From NCBI GenBank assembly GCA_022184915.1, contig JAGTJU010000008.1:6760-70759 (forward strand): 64,000 nt of DNA, given 5' to 3'. Made by a program: the position numbers and the translations under genes. Below the pieces are notes generated by a model that worked only from the letters and a program-made list of their open reading frames with translations, was not told the origin of the DNA and made no database searches. This DNA comes from Myxococcales bacterium. GTDB taxonomy: Bacteria > Myxococcota_A > Polyangia > Fen-1088. Shown here in pieces: positions 38,680 to 47,866 of this stretch; the first letter of the stretch is position 1; every line of letters starts with the position of its first letter.

Positions 38680-39137
38680 CGAAGAGTCTCCGCGGTCACG
38701 GCCCAGAAAAAGAGCGCCTCCCATCGGGGATCCCTCTTTGTCAGATAGATGCTTTGGCCCCAGGGGTCGTCACCCGCGTGACCTGCACCGCCTGCCTCCA
38801 CGGCCAACGGTTTTCGAAGGAGGGGGCCGCGCCGGACGCCGGATTCGCCCGCCAGCATGGAGGCCGCTCGTGTATACGCGAGGGCCAGCTCCTCAGCCGT
38901 GGGAGGATCGAAGAGGGCCGTCGCTGGGTCGAGCCGGGTGCGCCCGGGGCCGTGCACGCGAAAGAAGCGCTGTTCGTTTCCGTGACAACCCGAGAACGCG
39001 CAGTCGGCGAGCAGAATCGGATAGACGGTGGACGCAAACGCCGCAGGGTCGGGGCGGGGGGGGGACGCCTCCTCGGGAGGGGGTGCGCAGGCCCACAGGA
39101 TCGAGCCGACGAAGCACGCGCCCCATCGCCTCAGCAT
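38676..39137 (-). CDS. lipoprotein with CxxxxCH motif
   Basis: LWAC lipobox; F...VYPIL...CAFSGCHG; LLRKPL....GG..H.G. Confidence 0.7.
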   Translation of the reverse strand: MLRRWGACFVGSILWACAPPPEEASPPRPDPAAFASTVYPILLADCAFSGCHGNEQRFFRVHGPGRTRLDPATALFDPPTAEELALAYTRAASMLAGESGVRRGPLLRKPLAVEAGGAGHAGDDPWGQSIYLTKRDPRWEALFFWAVTAETLR

Positions 39138-40015
39138 GGGTCTACGCCCTCCCAGAAGCCGAACTTCACCGACTCGGCAAGCCAGGCCTTCACAAGGTGC
39201 GAAAGACGAGTGGGGGGCAAAGCGATGGCTTCACGCTCGAGAGCCGCCAGGGCCTCGGCCAGCGGCAATTCCGACAAGCGTTCGTAGAGACGTGCCTGCA
39301 ATTCGTCGATCAGCCACAGGCGAGGCCCGGTTTCGCCCCTTACGAGGGCGGCGTGAACCCGCCGGGGGTGTTGCGGGGGTAGGGGCACGGGGGCTTCTGG
39401 AGGGAGTGAGGTCAAGCGGCTGCGCAACGCGAGCAGGGGCCAGTCTTCCTCGACCAAAAAGAACCGACCCGAGGGACGAAGGCGGCCCGTGGCCAGCTGG
39501 TCCGTGCCGACTCGCTGAAACGCACGCGACGTCTCCGCCCGGGGTTCCGGGGCCCAAAAAGCTGCACGGTACGCAGCATCGATGCGAGCGGCCTGGACGA
39601 GCGCCGTGGCGGATACGGCCGCACCCTCGAACGGCGGGAGTCCTGCGTTGTGACCTTGCGCGAGCCAATCGTCGAAGCCGAGGGCAACCTCCCCGAGGTC
39701 GTGCCCCCGGGGTGGGTGCTTTTCCAGGAAGCCTGCGACCAAACCGTTGAAGCCCCAAGCCCCCGCCAGTGCCGCGACCAGGCGATACTCGTTTTGCATG
39801 ACCGCGAACAAACGAAACCAGTACTGTCGCTGGTAGACCGCCAGCCTTTCGCCGGGACTGAGCCCATGGCCCGCTTTGGCCTCGTTCAACAGTCGACGAG
39901 GATAGTCTTCAGGACGGGCTCGCAGCGTCCGCGACCTGCGGTCCAGGGGCGTTCTCAGGACGTCAGAGAAGTCTCTCTGAAACTGCGCGAGCCAGGCAGG
40001 GCCTGCCAGGGTCAT
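39131..40015 (-). CDS. DUF2063 family MNIO partner (BufC/HvfC-like)
   Basis: L..FQ..F, ERLAVY.RQYWFRL; coupled to DUF692 by ATGA overlap. Confidence 0.85.
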   Translation of the reverse strand: MTLAGPAWLAQFQRDFSDVLRTPLDRRSRTLRARPEDYPRRLLNEAKAGHGLSPGERLAVYQRQYWFRLFAVMQNEYRLVAALAGAWGFNGLVAGFLEKHPPRGHDLGEVALGFDDWLAQGHNAGLPPFEGAAVSATALVQAARIDAAYRAAFWAPEPRAETSRAFQRVGTDQLATGRLRPSGRFFLVEEDWPLLALRSRLTSLPPEAPVPLPPQHPRRVHAALVRGETGPRLWLIDELQARLYERLSELPLAEALAALEREAIALPPTRLSHLVKAWLAESVKFGFWEGVDPC

Positions 40016-40854
40016 GCGCGGACCTTTCGTGCCTCGGCGAGTTCCTCGATGACGACCTCGAGGGGTGGTATCGCTGCGTCCCACTCGACGAGCGTAGGAA
40101 AGGGCCCCCCCAAAGCCCAGGCGAAGCGATAGAGCTCCCAAACCTCCCGAATGATGGGTTGGTCGTGGGTGTCGATGATCGTTCCATCCGGCTGTTTCGT
40201 GTGGCCAGCGAGGTGCACCTGCAGCACGCGCGAGTAGTCGATCGCCTCGAGGTACACCCGTGGGTCGAAGCCGTGGTTGACGCTCGAAACGTACACGTTG
40301 TTGATGTCCAACATGAACCAGCAGCCTGAGTCTTTGACGACGCGGGAGTAAAACTCCCACTCCGGCATGGAGGAGCGCTCGAATGCGACGTAGGTGGACA
40401 GGTTCTCGATGCCAAAGGGCCGGTCAAGCCGGCGCTGCACTTCACAAGCACGCTCTGCAGCCAGCTCGACGAGCTCGGGGACATAAGGGGTGGGCAGCAG
40501 GTCGTGGTGCGAGACGCCTTCGGCCCCCGACCAGCACAGGTGATCGGTGACGAAAGGCACCGCGAGAGCATTGGCCAGATCGGTGACCTTCTGCAGGTAC
40601 TCTTCGTCGAGAGGCGCGTGTCCCAGGAGGTTCAGCGTCACCCCGTGCATGACCACGGGATAGAGGGCACGAATCCGTGCCAGATGCCGGTTGGGTGGTG
40701 AGTCTGGACGAAGATAGTTCTCCGTAATGATCTCGACGTAATCAACGGGTGGTTTGGTCGTCTGGAGTGCGTCGTAAAACGGGGGCCGGAGCCCAACGCC
40801 CAGGGCGTCGCGGGCGAGGGCAGGCCTGGCGGTGTCTTTGGCCTTTGGAGACAC
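40012..40854 (-). CDS. DUF692 family MNIO (BufB-like)
   Basis: GVGLR, EI..ENY, HGV.L, TDHLCW, HDLLP.PY, IEN.STY, LD.NNVYV..NH, HLAGH, DTH, EWD. Confidence 0.93.
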   Translation of the reverse strand: MSPKAKDTARPALARDALGVGLRPPFYDALQTTKPPVDYVEIITENYLRPDSPPNRHLARIRALYPVVMHGVTLNLLGHAPLDEEYLQKVTDLANALAVPFVTDHLCWSGAEGVSHHDLLPTPYVPELVELAAERACEVQRRLDRPFGIENLSTYVAFERSSMPEWEFYSRVVKDSGCWFMLDINNVYVSSVNHGFDPRVYLEAIDYSRVLQVHLAGHTKQPDGTIIDTHDQPIIREVWELYRFAWALGGPFPTLVEWDAAIPPLEVVIEELAEARKVRA

Positions 40855-40954
40855 GAGCCCGGGAGGGTACCTCAGGATCGTTCTGCCTCCCCTGCGGCAA
40901 TAGGTCGCACCCCCTGACCTTGCCCCCGGGGCTGGCTGGCGGCACCCTCGTGGC

Positions 40955-41185
40955 ATGCAGGATCGCAGTTTGCGCACACGTCTCGGCCTTCTTGCCTGCG
41001 CGCTTCTTTCGTTCCTCACGGGCTGCCTGCGTGTTCCGCCCTACCTGCGAGAGACCCTGGCCCGACGCGACATGACCCTGGGGCGGGAGGCCGCCCTTCG
41101 AGCGGGGGAACGCCACGCGCAGGCCTACCGAGAAGGTGCGAGTGGGGGAGGAGAGGTCCGAAGTGGAGGTTGCGGGTGCAACTGA
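40955..41185 (+). CDS. DUF4266 family small lipoprotein
   Basis: LTGC..V.PY.R..LA...M; H...YREGASGG....GGCGCN. Confidence 0.88.
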   Translation: MQDRSLRTRLGLLACALLSFLTGCLRVPPYLRETLARRDMTLGREAALRAGERHAQAYREGASGGGEVRSGGCGCN

Positions 41186-41690
41186 CGCGCCGGGCGCATC
41201 GCACGTTCGAGCGGTCTCACGGCCGCATGCGTCACGCTGGGCGGAGACGTCAACAGTGTTCAGCTTGACCTGAGGGCGCTCTTCGATACCGTCTCCGCGG
41301 AGACTACGATGACCATGGTCATGGTCATGTGCCGACCGTGTGATCGTTGCCACCGCTCTGGGAAAGGGCCTCCCCTTGTTGACCAAAGATGAGAGGATCC
41401 ACGGGTTCGCTGACGTCACCTCTATCTGGTGATGGCCATGCCACGGGGCTCGCGCCAACGTGAAATGGTGTTCAGCACCAGGCCGCCCACACGCCGTCGC
41501 AAAGGCGTTTGGCCTCCAAGTGTGCTTGTGAATCCGTCCGTTTCGGGCGACGCTCGGGTTCCGAGGGAACTGCGTGGTGTGGACGTGTCGATGAGTGGCG
41601 AGCCGATCATCCGAGAGCGCCTGCAGAGGTTCGTGGAGCTCATGCAACGCGTGGTTTCCCTGCGTTTCCACGTCACCGATGCGCAGGGGG

Positions 41691-41795
41691 GTGGATAGGA
41701 AGTTTAAAGGAGACAACGCGTCGAGTCAGAAAGCCCGATAAAATATGTTCTGTCAACTAACGTAAGCCGCCTTGCGCCCTAAGCTGGCTGCCGGG
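41691..41795 (+). repeat. dif-like site 7 (complete, IS-free)
   Basis: GTGGATAGGAAGTTTAA...GAGTCAGA-AAGCCCGATAA-AATATG-TTCTGTCAACT plus a D-flank identical to site 6. Confidence 0.85.
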
Positions 41796-41813
41796 CAAAG
41801 GAATCGTCAGAAA

Positions 41814-43144
41814 GGGCCTGCCGCGAAATAAATAGGTTGACTTTATCTGCGAGGAGGATCTCCATTGGAGGTGCATGACCAAGGAACGATCGCGGCGTGA
41901 ATCCGAGATACGGGATCGCTACGGCAAGATAAAGGGGAGTCTGACAGAGAGAGCTCGGCGGCTATTCGTGGCGAACGAGGCGATCGCTTTTGGCTACGGC
42001 GGCATTGTCGCTGCATCTCGTGCGACGGGTATGGCACCGAGCGTGGTGGGGCGCGGGATCGCCGAAGTACGGGCGATCGAAAACGGGACGGCGAGGCATT
42101 TACCGCCAACGCGAAGCCGTCGACCAGGCGCCGGGCGCAAGAAGGCAACCGAGAAGGATCCGAGATTGATTCCGGATCTGAAGAAGCTTGTAGAATCGAC
42201 GACACGCGGAGATCCCGAGTCGCCGCTTCTGTGGACAGCTCGTAGCCAGCGCAATCTCGTGGAGGCGCTCAAGAAGCAGGGGCACCAAACGAGCATGAAG
42301 ATGGTCTCAAGACTGCTCAAGGAGCTCGGCTACAGTCTCCAGGCGAATCGCAAGCGGCTTGAGGGCGCGCAGCATCCAGATCGAAACGCTCAGTTTGAGC
42401 ACATCAACGAGACACTCCGTCGACAGCTCGAAACGAACGAGCCGGCGATCTCTGTGGACACGAAGAAACGAGAGCTTGTCGGACCGTACAAGAACGGCGG
42501 CCGCGAGCTCAGCGGGAAGGAAGATCCGGTCGATGTCAACGTGCACGACTTCGTCGACGACGAAAAGGGACGCGCCACACCGTACGGCATCTACGACCTC
42601 CAGAAGAACGAGGCGTGGGTCAGCGTTGGCGTGAGCCACGACACGGGGGAATTCGCGGTGCAGAGCATCCGCACCTGGTGGAGCGAGATGGGCGCCTCGA
42701 GGTATCCAAACGCGACCTCGCTCGTGATCACGGCGGACGGAGGTGGAAGCAACGGCTATAGGCTGCGCCTATGGAAGCTCGAGCTACAAAAGCTCGTCGA
42801 CGACCTGCGCTTCCCCATCACCGTCTGTCATCTGCCTCCGGGAACGAGCAAGTGGAACAAGATCGAGCACCGCTTGTTTTCCTTCATCACCCAGAACTGG
42901 CGCGGAAAGCCTCTGGTCACCCATCAAGTCATCGTCAATCTAATCGCAGCGACGACGACGACGACCGGACTGCTCGTGAAGAGCCGAGTCGACAGTCGCA
43001 CTTACGCCAAGGGTCGCCGCGTCTCGGACAAGGACCTCGCACTCGTGAATCTCGATCCCAACGTCTTCCACGGCGAGTGGAACTACACCATCCACCCGAC
43101 CGTACCGACATGACGAGACGATCGACTTTTTTCGCGGCAGCCCC
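41814..43144 (+). mobile_element. ISAzo13-family IS, copy 2
   Basis: Same IRs and ORF as copy 1, in inverted orientation. Confidence 0.92.
41875..43113 (+). CDS. ISAzo13-family transposase
   Basis: Protein identical to 27408-28646. Confidence 0.95.
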   Translation: MTKERSRRESEIRDRYGKIKGSLTERARRLFVANEAIAFGYGGIVAASRATGMAPSVVGRGIAEVRAIENGTARHLPPTRSRRPGAGRKKATEKDPRLIPDLKKLVESTTRGDPESPLLWTARSQRNLVEALKKQGHQTSMKMVSRLLKELGYSLQANRKRLEGAQHPDRNAQFEHINETLRRQLETNEPAISVDTKKRELVGPYKNGGRELSGKEDPVDVNVHDFVDDEKGRATPYGIYDLQKNEAWVSVGVSHDTGEFAVQSIRTWWSEMGASRYPNATSLVITADGGGSNGYRLRLWKLELQKLVDDLRFPITVCHLPPGTSKWNKIEHRLFSFITQNWRGKPLVTHQVIVNLIAATTTTTGLLVKSRVDSRTYAKGRRVSDKDLALVNLDPNVFHGEWNYTIHPTVPT

Positions 43145-43344
43145 TTAGTCTCAGGGGTAAAGCACTCAAGGAGGCCGCGGCCACTCTTGACATAAGCGTG
43201 AAAACAGTTGAGCAGTATTGGGCGCGGATCTACGTCAAGATTGGCTGCAATAGCCGGGAAGCTGTTGTAGGCCAGCTTGTTGAAATGATGACTGAAAGCC
43301 CAGATAACTATTTATCAGACCCACGCACAAGCGGCCGTGCCTAG
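43145..43344 (+). pseudogene. LuxR-type HTH C-terminal fragment
   Basis: GKALKEAAATLDISVKTVEQYWARIYVKIGCNSR; 5' part cut by the IS. Confidence 0.75.
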
Positions 43345-43391
43345 GACGTTCCAAGCGCGAGACGTCCATGTGTCCTATTTTGGCGTGCGTA

Positions 43392-43493
43392 CAGGAACTA
43401 CAAGCGCCACGTCCCTCCGCGGCAAATTTGTCTGATAAAACATGTTCTATCAACTAACGTAAGCCGCCTTGCGTCCTTAGCCTTACTGCCGGG
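43392..43493 (+). repeat. dif-like site 8 (complete)
   Basis: CAGGAACTACAAGCGCCACGTCCCTCCGCGGCAAAT-TTGTCTGATAA-AACATG-TTCTATCAACT-AACGTAAGCCGCC...CTGCCGGG. Confidence 0.85.
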
Positions 43494-43608
43494 CGAAAAC
43501 AAGGACCACGCGAGAATCAAGCCGTATTGAATCAGTATTTCACAATACATTTGCATGGCGCGGTCAGATCTCCCCCCTCCAGCCCCACCCTCGGCTCCCT
43601 ACAGAACC

Positions 43609-45111
43609 TCAAGCCGGCCACAGATCCGAATCACATCCCGTCTCGCCCGTGCCTCCGGGCGGTCCCCTCGCCGGTGACCACGTGGGCACCTCCGCTGAGA
43701 GGCCCTTGTAGGCCAGGATCGTCTCGATAGCCCCCCGCTCTTGCACAGGGCCCAGCACCTTCATCGGCCCCGCGCAGCGCGGGCACACCAGCACCTCGTG
43801 AGCGAACACGCGCCGCATGAGCTCGGCCCAGCTCATCGCCGCTGCGTCGCCTCGCTCCCGTAGCTCCGTGACGTGGTCCTCACCCCCATCACCTTCGCCC
43901 TCGCGCTTGCCACACCCTCGTCGCGCCTTGCGCCCTGCCCCTCCCGGCACGATGCGGGCCCGATCCGCCGCCGCAGGCGCGAACACCCCGTGGTAGCGAA
44001 CCAGTTGGGCGCGCGGACGTGGCACCAACGCAACCAGCTTCTCGATGAACTCCTCGGGCGTAAACGCAACGTGCGTGGTGCCGTCGCGCCACGGCCGTTT
44101 GAGCCTGACGGCCACTCGCCCGTCGGGCAACTCCGAAAGCCTATCTTCGCTCAGCGGTGGCCGTGCGATGTAGCGAATCAGCCGCTCCAGGCCGTCCCTG
44201 TCGTTGGCTGCGATGCGCGTGCTGGCGTGCAGGTTGAAGCCCTCCACGAACGCGCACTGCTTCCCCAACACGTAGGGTTCCCACGACGCGATCGGATCGT
44301 TGCCGAGCCGCATGACCGCTTGTCCTCGGCGCCTTCCCGTGGCGATGAGGGCTTTGACCGAAGCGCCTGCGATCACGGAGAGCGCCTCGGCGTCGGCAGC
44401 GTCTCGTTCCTCTGACGAGGCAAGCGCCCGCGTTACACCCTCCCAGATCCGCGCGGTCACCTCGGCCACCTCCTCATCGCGCGGAGGTGGCGTGGCGAAG
44501 AACGCGGGCCGCCCGGGCGTGTCGACACGGAACACGCCGTCGGTCACAACGGAATGAAAGTGAACGTTCAGCGCAAGGCCCGAGCCGAAGCGCTGAATCA
44601 CCGTCACGGCGCCCGTGGCGAGCGCGCCGCGCACTCCGGCCTTGCGCGCACGCTTTCGGTACCACCGGCTCACCTCGCGCAGAAAGACCCTCAGCACCAC
44701 GCTGGCCAGGTGTGGCTCGCGCGCCATGCGGTAGCGAAGCGCGTGCGGCACCGTCAGCACCCACTGGCGTGCTGGGACCGCCGGAAACACGTTGTCCACC
44801 ACGTGCGCGGCCGTCTCGGCCATGCGCCGCCCAAGGCAGCTGGGGCAAAAGCCTCTTCGTTTGCACGAAAACGCCACGAGCCGCGTCTCGGCGCAGGCTT
44901 CGCAACGAACGTTGACGAACCCCTTGCCCAGAATCCCGCAACCCAGATACGCCTCGAACTCCGCCGCCACGAAGGCGGGCAGAAAACCACCCTCGCCTTG
45001 CAGATTGTCGCGGAACGTGAGCCAGGTGTCCTGCACCACGCGGTGAAGCTGCGTCTTTTCAGGCTCCCGGCGCCGATACCCCGAGACTTTCCCTGCGGCT
45101 CTGTCGACCAC
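43609..45111 (-). CDS. IS91/ISCR-family rolling-circle HUH transposase
   Basis: CG.L..GF, FSCK.RGFCPSC, RQWVL..P, QRFGS.L.LNVHFH, RYIARPP, PRPR..L.RYHGV.AP. Confidence 0.92.
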   Translation of the reverse strand: MVDRAAGKVSGYRRREPEKTQLHRVVQDTWLTFRDNLQGEGGFLPAFVAAEFEAYLGCGILGKGFVNVRCEACAETRLVAFSCKRRGFCPSCLGRRMAETAAHVVDNVFPAVPARQWVLTVPHALRYRMAREPHLASVVLRVFLREVSRWYRKRARKAGVRGALATGAVTVIQRFGSGLALNVHFHSVVTDGVFRVDTPGRPAFFATPPPRDEEVAEVTARIWEGVTRALASSEERDAADAEALSVIAGASVKALIATGRRRGQAVMRLGNDPIASWEPYVLGKQCAFVEGFNLHASTRIAANDRDGLERLIRYIARPPLSEDRLSELPDGRVAVRLKRPWRDGTTHVAFTPEEFIEKLVALVPRPRAQLVRYHGVFAPAAADRARIVPGGAGRKARRGCGKREGEGDGGEDHVTELRERGDAAAMSWAELMRRVFAHEVLVCPRCAGPMKVLGPVQERGAIETILAYKGLSAEVPTWSPARGPPGGTGETGCDSDLWPA

Positions 45112-45285
45112 CCGGGCTTATCGCGCCCGCAAACGAGACCCGCCCCCCTGGAGCCCCGAAGAGGCTAGCCTGACAGGAGACGGAAGGGTGTACCCGGTCT
45201 GCCGGGCGGCCAAACGAAGCCTCTGGCCCCCCAACAGGAGAACGCCTGTTTCCAGGACCGGCCGGCACCTGATAGAAAGGCCGCC

Positions 45286-46038
45286 ATGTGGACGCAGACG
45301 CTTGCCCAAGTCCTCTGCCGAGGTGGGTGGGCAACCGCGTTCGCGATGAGCGTGGCGGCCTGCTCGGTCGTGACCTACCAGCCTGTTTCGGGCCTTTCAC
45401 GCCCCACGGCCATCAGCGCCGAGCGGAGAAACTTCGAGGGCCGGCGGATGGTGCTGCGCTGCTTGCCCGGCGGCTACCTCGACCCGCGCGACACCCAGCG
45501 CCTCTGCGCGCGCGTGCAAGCGTTGTTTGCGGGGCAAGGCGCCGAGGTGCAGATGGCGCTCACCCGCGCCGGCACCCAGCTTGGTGGGCCGCCCGCGCAG
45601 GCGGGGGCGGTCGACCTCGTGCTCGAGCTGCGGAGCCACTTGATTCACAAAGAAAGCAACGTCTGGCTGAGCATCCTGTCCGGCCTCTCGCTCACGCTGA
45701 TTCCCGCGATCAGCAGCTTTTCGTTCGCGCAGGACGTGGTCGTGCTCGACGCGGATGGCTTTCAACTGGCTTCGGAGACCCTCGAGGGACGCTTCGTCAC
45801 GTACTTCGGGGCGGGCGTGTGGAGCGTCAACAAAGTGCTGGACCTGCTGGTCCGCGAAGAGGACGAACACCTCACAGGCGACACGGCCAAGACTGACTTC
45901 TCGAAGGATTTTTATCGGCAGTTGAGTCAAATCGCGCTGAACGCGCACCTGCGCGCCCGGGTGATGCGTGCGTTCGACGAACCCCCGCGGCCGAACGCCC
46001 CTCCCCGGCCCCCCCTGTCATCGGCGGCACCACGATGA
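45286..46038 (+). CDS. hypothetical lipoprotein (first gene of operon)
   Basis: VAAC lipobox; ATGA coupling to the next gene. Confidence 0.7.
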   Translation: MWTQTLAQVLCRGGWATAFAMSVAACSVVTYQPVSGLSRPTAISAERRNFEGRRMVLRCLPGGYLDPRDTQRLCARVQALFAGQGAEVQMALTRAGTQLGGPPAQAGAVDLVLELRSHLIHKESNVWLSILSGLSLTLIPAISSFSFAQDVVVLDADGFQLASETLEGRFVTYFGAGVWSVNKVLDLLVREEDEHLTGDTAKTDFSKDFYRQLSQIALNAHLRARVMRAFDEPPRPNAPPRPPLSSAAPR

Positions 46039-46673
46039 CCACGTACTTTTTGTTGTTCCTGCTCGATCACTTTCTGTCGGGCCGCCACGCCGATCCCTCG
46101 CCCGGGGTGGTCCATGGCAAGGCGGATGTCAGGAACCTCGAATGCACGCGGCTCAGTCAGGCCGTGGCGCACGACCGCCGGCCTGGCGAAGTGGCAGAGC
46201 CCTCACCCCGGGTCACCTGGGACCGGGGCTCGGCGCTCGTCTGCCGGCAGCGCTACGTGCGCCTTGGCGAGCGGGACCCGCGCGACGAAGCGGTGCTGTC
46301 TTCGCTCGGGCGCCACGTGGGTGACATCACCCGCGAAGCCAGCGCCGCCGTGGCGGGTGACGTCGTTTGGCACGTCGACGCCTTTTACCCGGACCTGTTG
46401 GTCTCGGCGAAGATAGCGGTGGCCGCAAAAACGAACCTCGTCGAGACCGGCCGTTCGGTGTCGGACCGGGTGCCCCTGCTCGCCGCGGGCGACTTGGCGG
46501 TGTTCGGCAAGCTGTCCCCCGTGCGGTCCTTGCCGATGGCGTGCGTCCGCTACTTTGCGGAGGGCTCCCTGGGTCCGCGGGACGTGCTGCTTGCGATCGC
46601 CTTGCTGGACGAGCAGGAGACGCAGCTCCACGGTGGCCTTTGCCAGCAAGGCACCTGGAGGTGGCTGAGGTGA
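46035..46673 (+). CDS. hypothetical protein
   Basis: Translationally coupled on both sides; high GC3. Confidence 0.7.
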   Translation: MTTYFLLFLLDHFLSGRHADPSPGVVHGKADVRNLECTRLSQAVAHDRRPGEVAEPSPRVTWDRGSALVCRQRYVRLGERDPRDEAVLSSLGRHVGDITREASAAVAGDVVWHVDAFYPDLLVSAKIAVAAKTNLVETGRSVSDRVPLLAAGDLAVFGKLSPVRSLPMACVRYFAEGSLGPRDVLLAIALLDEQETQLHGGLCQQGTWRWLR

Positions 46674-47866
46674 AACGCCCTCGTCTCCTCGCAGCCTGGG
46701 CGCTCGCCTTCGTGGCATCCACCGCGCACGCCAACGACGCGGAGCTCTCGCCGGCGCAGCGGACGGAGATGGAGGCGTTGCGCGGAGAGATTGCCGCCGG
46801 AATCCAGCTGCAAGCCTACGACCTGCTCGACGAACTGGTCCACGGCTGGCTCCAGCGCCCCGTGTTCGACCAGCAGACGCCCGTCGTGCTGGGAGACATT
46901 GGGGTGCCCGTGGGCTTCGGCAGCGGCATGAAGGCGCTCGTCGAGACCCATCTCGCGGGCCTTTTGGTGGACAACCCGCGCACGAACGCCGTGCTCGTGC
47001 ACTGCCCACGCTGCACGGCGGTCGTGATTCACTCGGGCGCCCAAGGCACCGTCATCTCCCGCGGTGTGGACAATCCAGCGGCCCTCGCCGAGGCGGGAGC
47101 TTCGCTGGGCAGCCACCACGCGCTCTTCGTGGACTTCGAGGCCGAGGGCACGGCGCTGGTCCTGCGCGCACGCATCACGCGGCTCGAGCCGACCCTGCCC
47201 ATCGTTTACGCGAAGACCCTCTCCACCACCACCTCCGCCCCGGCGCTCCTCCGGACGGGCGAACGCCTCAAGAGCGCCCGGGAAGCGCGCCAGGAGTTCG
47301 ACGATGCCCTGCGAGGCCGCAGCTGGTACCTGGTGCCGTTGCGCATGGGTCTGCGCGCTTATGCCGCGGCAGAGGACGTGCCCGTGGTGGCACAACCCTT
47401 CGGTTGGATCCAGATGGGGGTGGAGGGCGCGCTCAGCCAGGCCCGTTTGTGGACGGCGGGCTTTGCGCTTGGCTTTTCGTGGGCGCCGGAGTCCCACTGG
47501 GGGTGGTTGGCGCAGGCGCGGATCTCACGGCTTTTGAGCGGCGCCGCCACGTCGCTCACGCGCCCTGACCTTTACGCGTTCGTGGGCGCTTCGATCATCT
47601 CCGTTCACGGCGATGGCTCCTCGATCTTTCGCAACCGCGTTCCCTCGCTGGAAACCCTGCTGGGACAAGTCAACCGGGTCGAACCCAAGGAAACGTTCGC
47701 TGCGTTCCCGCTGGGGCTCGAGCTGCGGGTCAAAAACCGCATCGGCGTGGGCGTGTATCTCGAGTCGGCGCCCGCGTTGAGTGACGCCGACGCGATCGGA
47801 ACGTATCTGGATCTCGGCATCGTGGCGTTTCAGTCGTACGGCGTGGAGGTGTCCTTTTGCTTCTGA
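46670..47866 (+). CDS. secreted protein with probable C-terminal beta-barrel
   Basis: AHA signal peptide; CPRC; amphipathic strands; terminal YGVEVSFCF. Confidence 0.7.
   Translation: MKRPRLLAAWALAFVASTAHANDAELSPAQRTEMEALRGEIAAGIQLQAYDLLDELVHGWLQRPVFDQQTPVVLGDIGVPVGFGSGMKALVETHLAGLLVDNPRTNAVLVHCPRCTAVVIHSGAQGTVISRGVDNPAALAEAGASLGSHHALFVDFEAEGTALVLRARITRLEPTLPIVYAKTLSTTTSAPALLRTGERLKSAREARQEFDDALRGRSWYLVPLRMGLRAYAAAEDVPVVAQPFGWIQMGVEGALSQARLWTAGFALGFSWAPESHWGWLAQARISRLLSGAATSLTRPDLYAFVGASIISVHGDGSSIFRNRVPSLETLLGQVNRVEPKETFAAFPLGLELRVKNRIGVGVYLESAPALSDADAIGTYLDLGIVAFQSYGVEVSFCF

Noticed and set aside
41200-41690. Short ORFs between DUF4266 and site 7
   Set aside because: No recognisable family or convincing start; left unannotated.
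6296-43493. Dispersed repeat as integron attC sites (contains GTTAG and CTAAC)
   Set aside because: No RYYYAAC...GTTRRRY hairpin spanning the unit, mixed orientations and no integrase; an 11-6-11 dif-like core with IS1202 targeting fits better.
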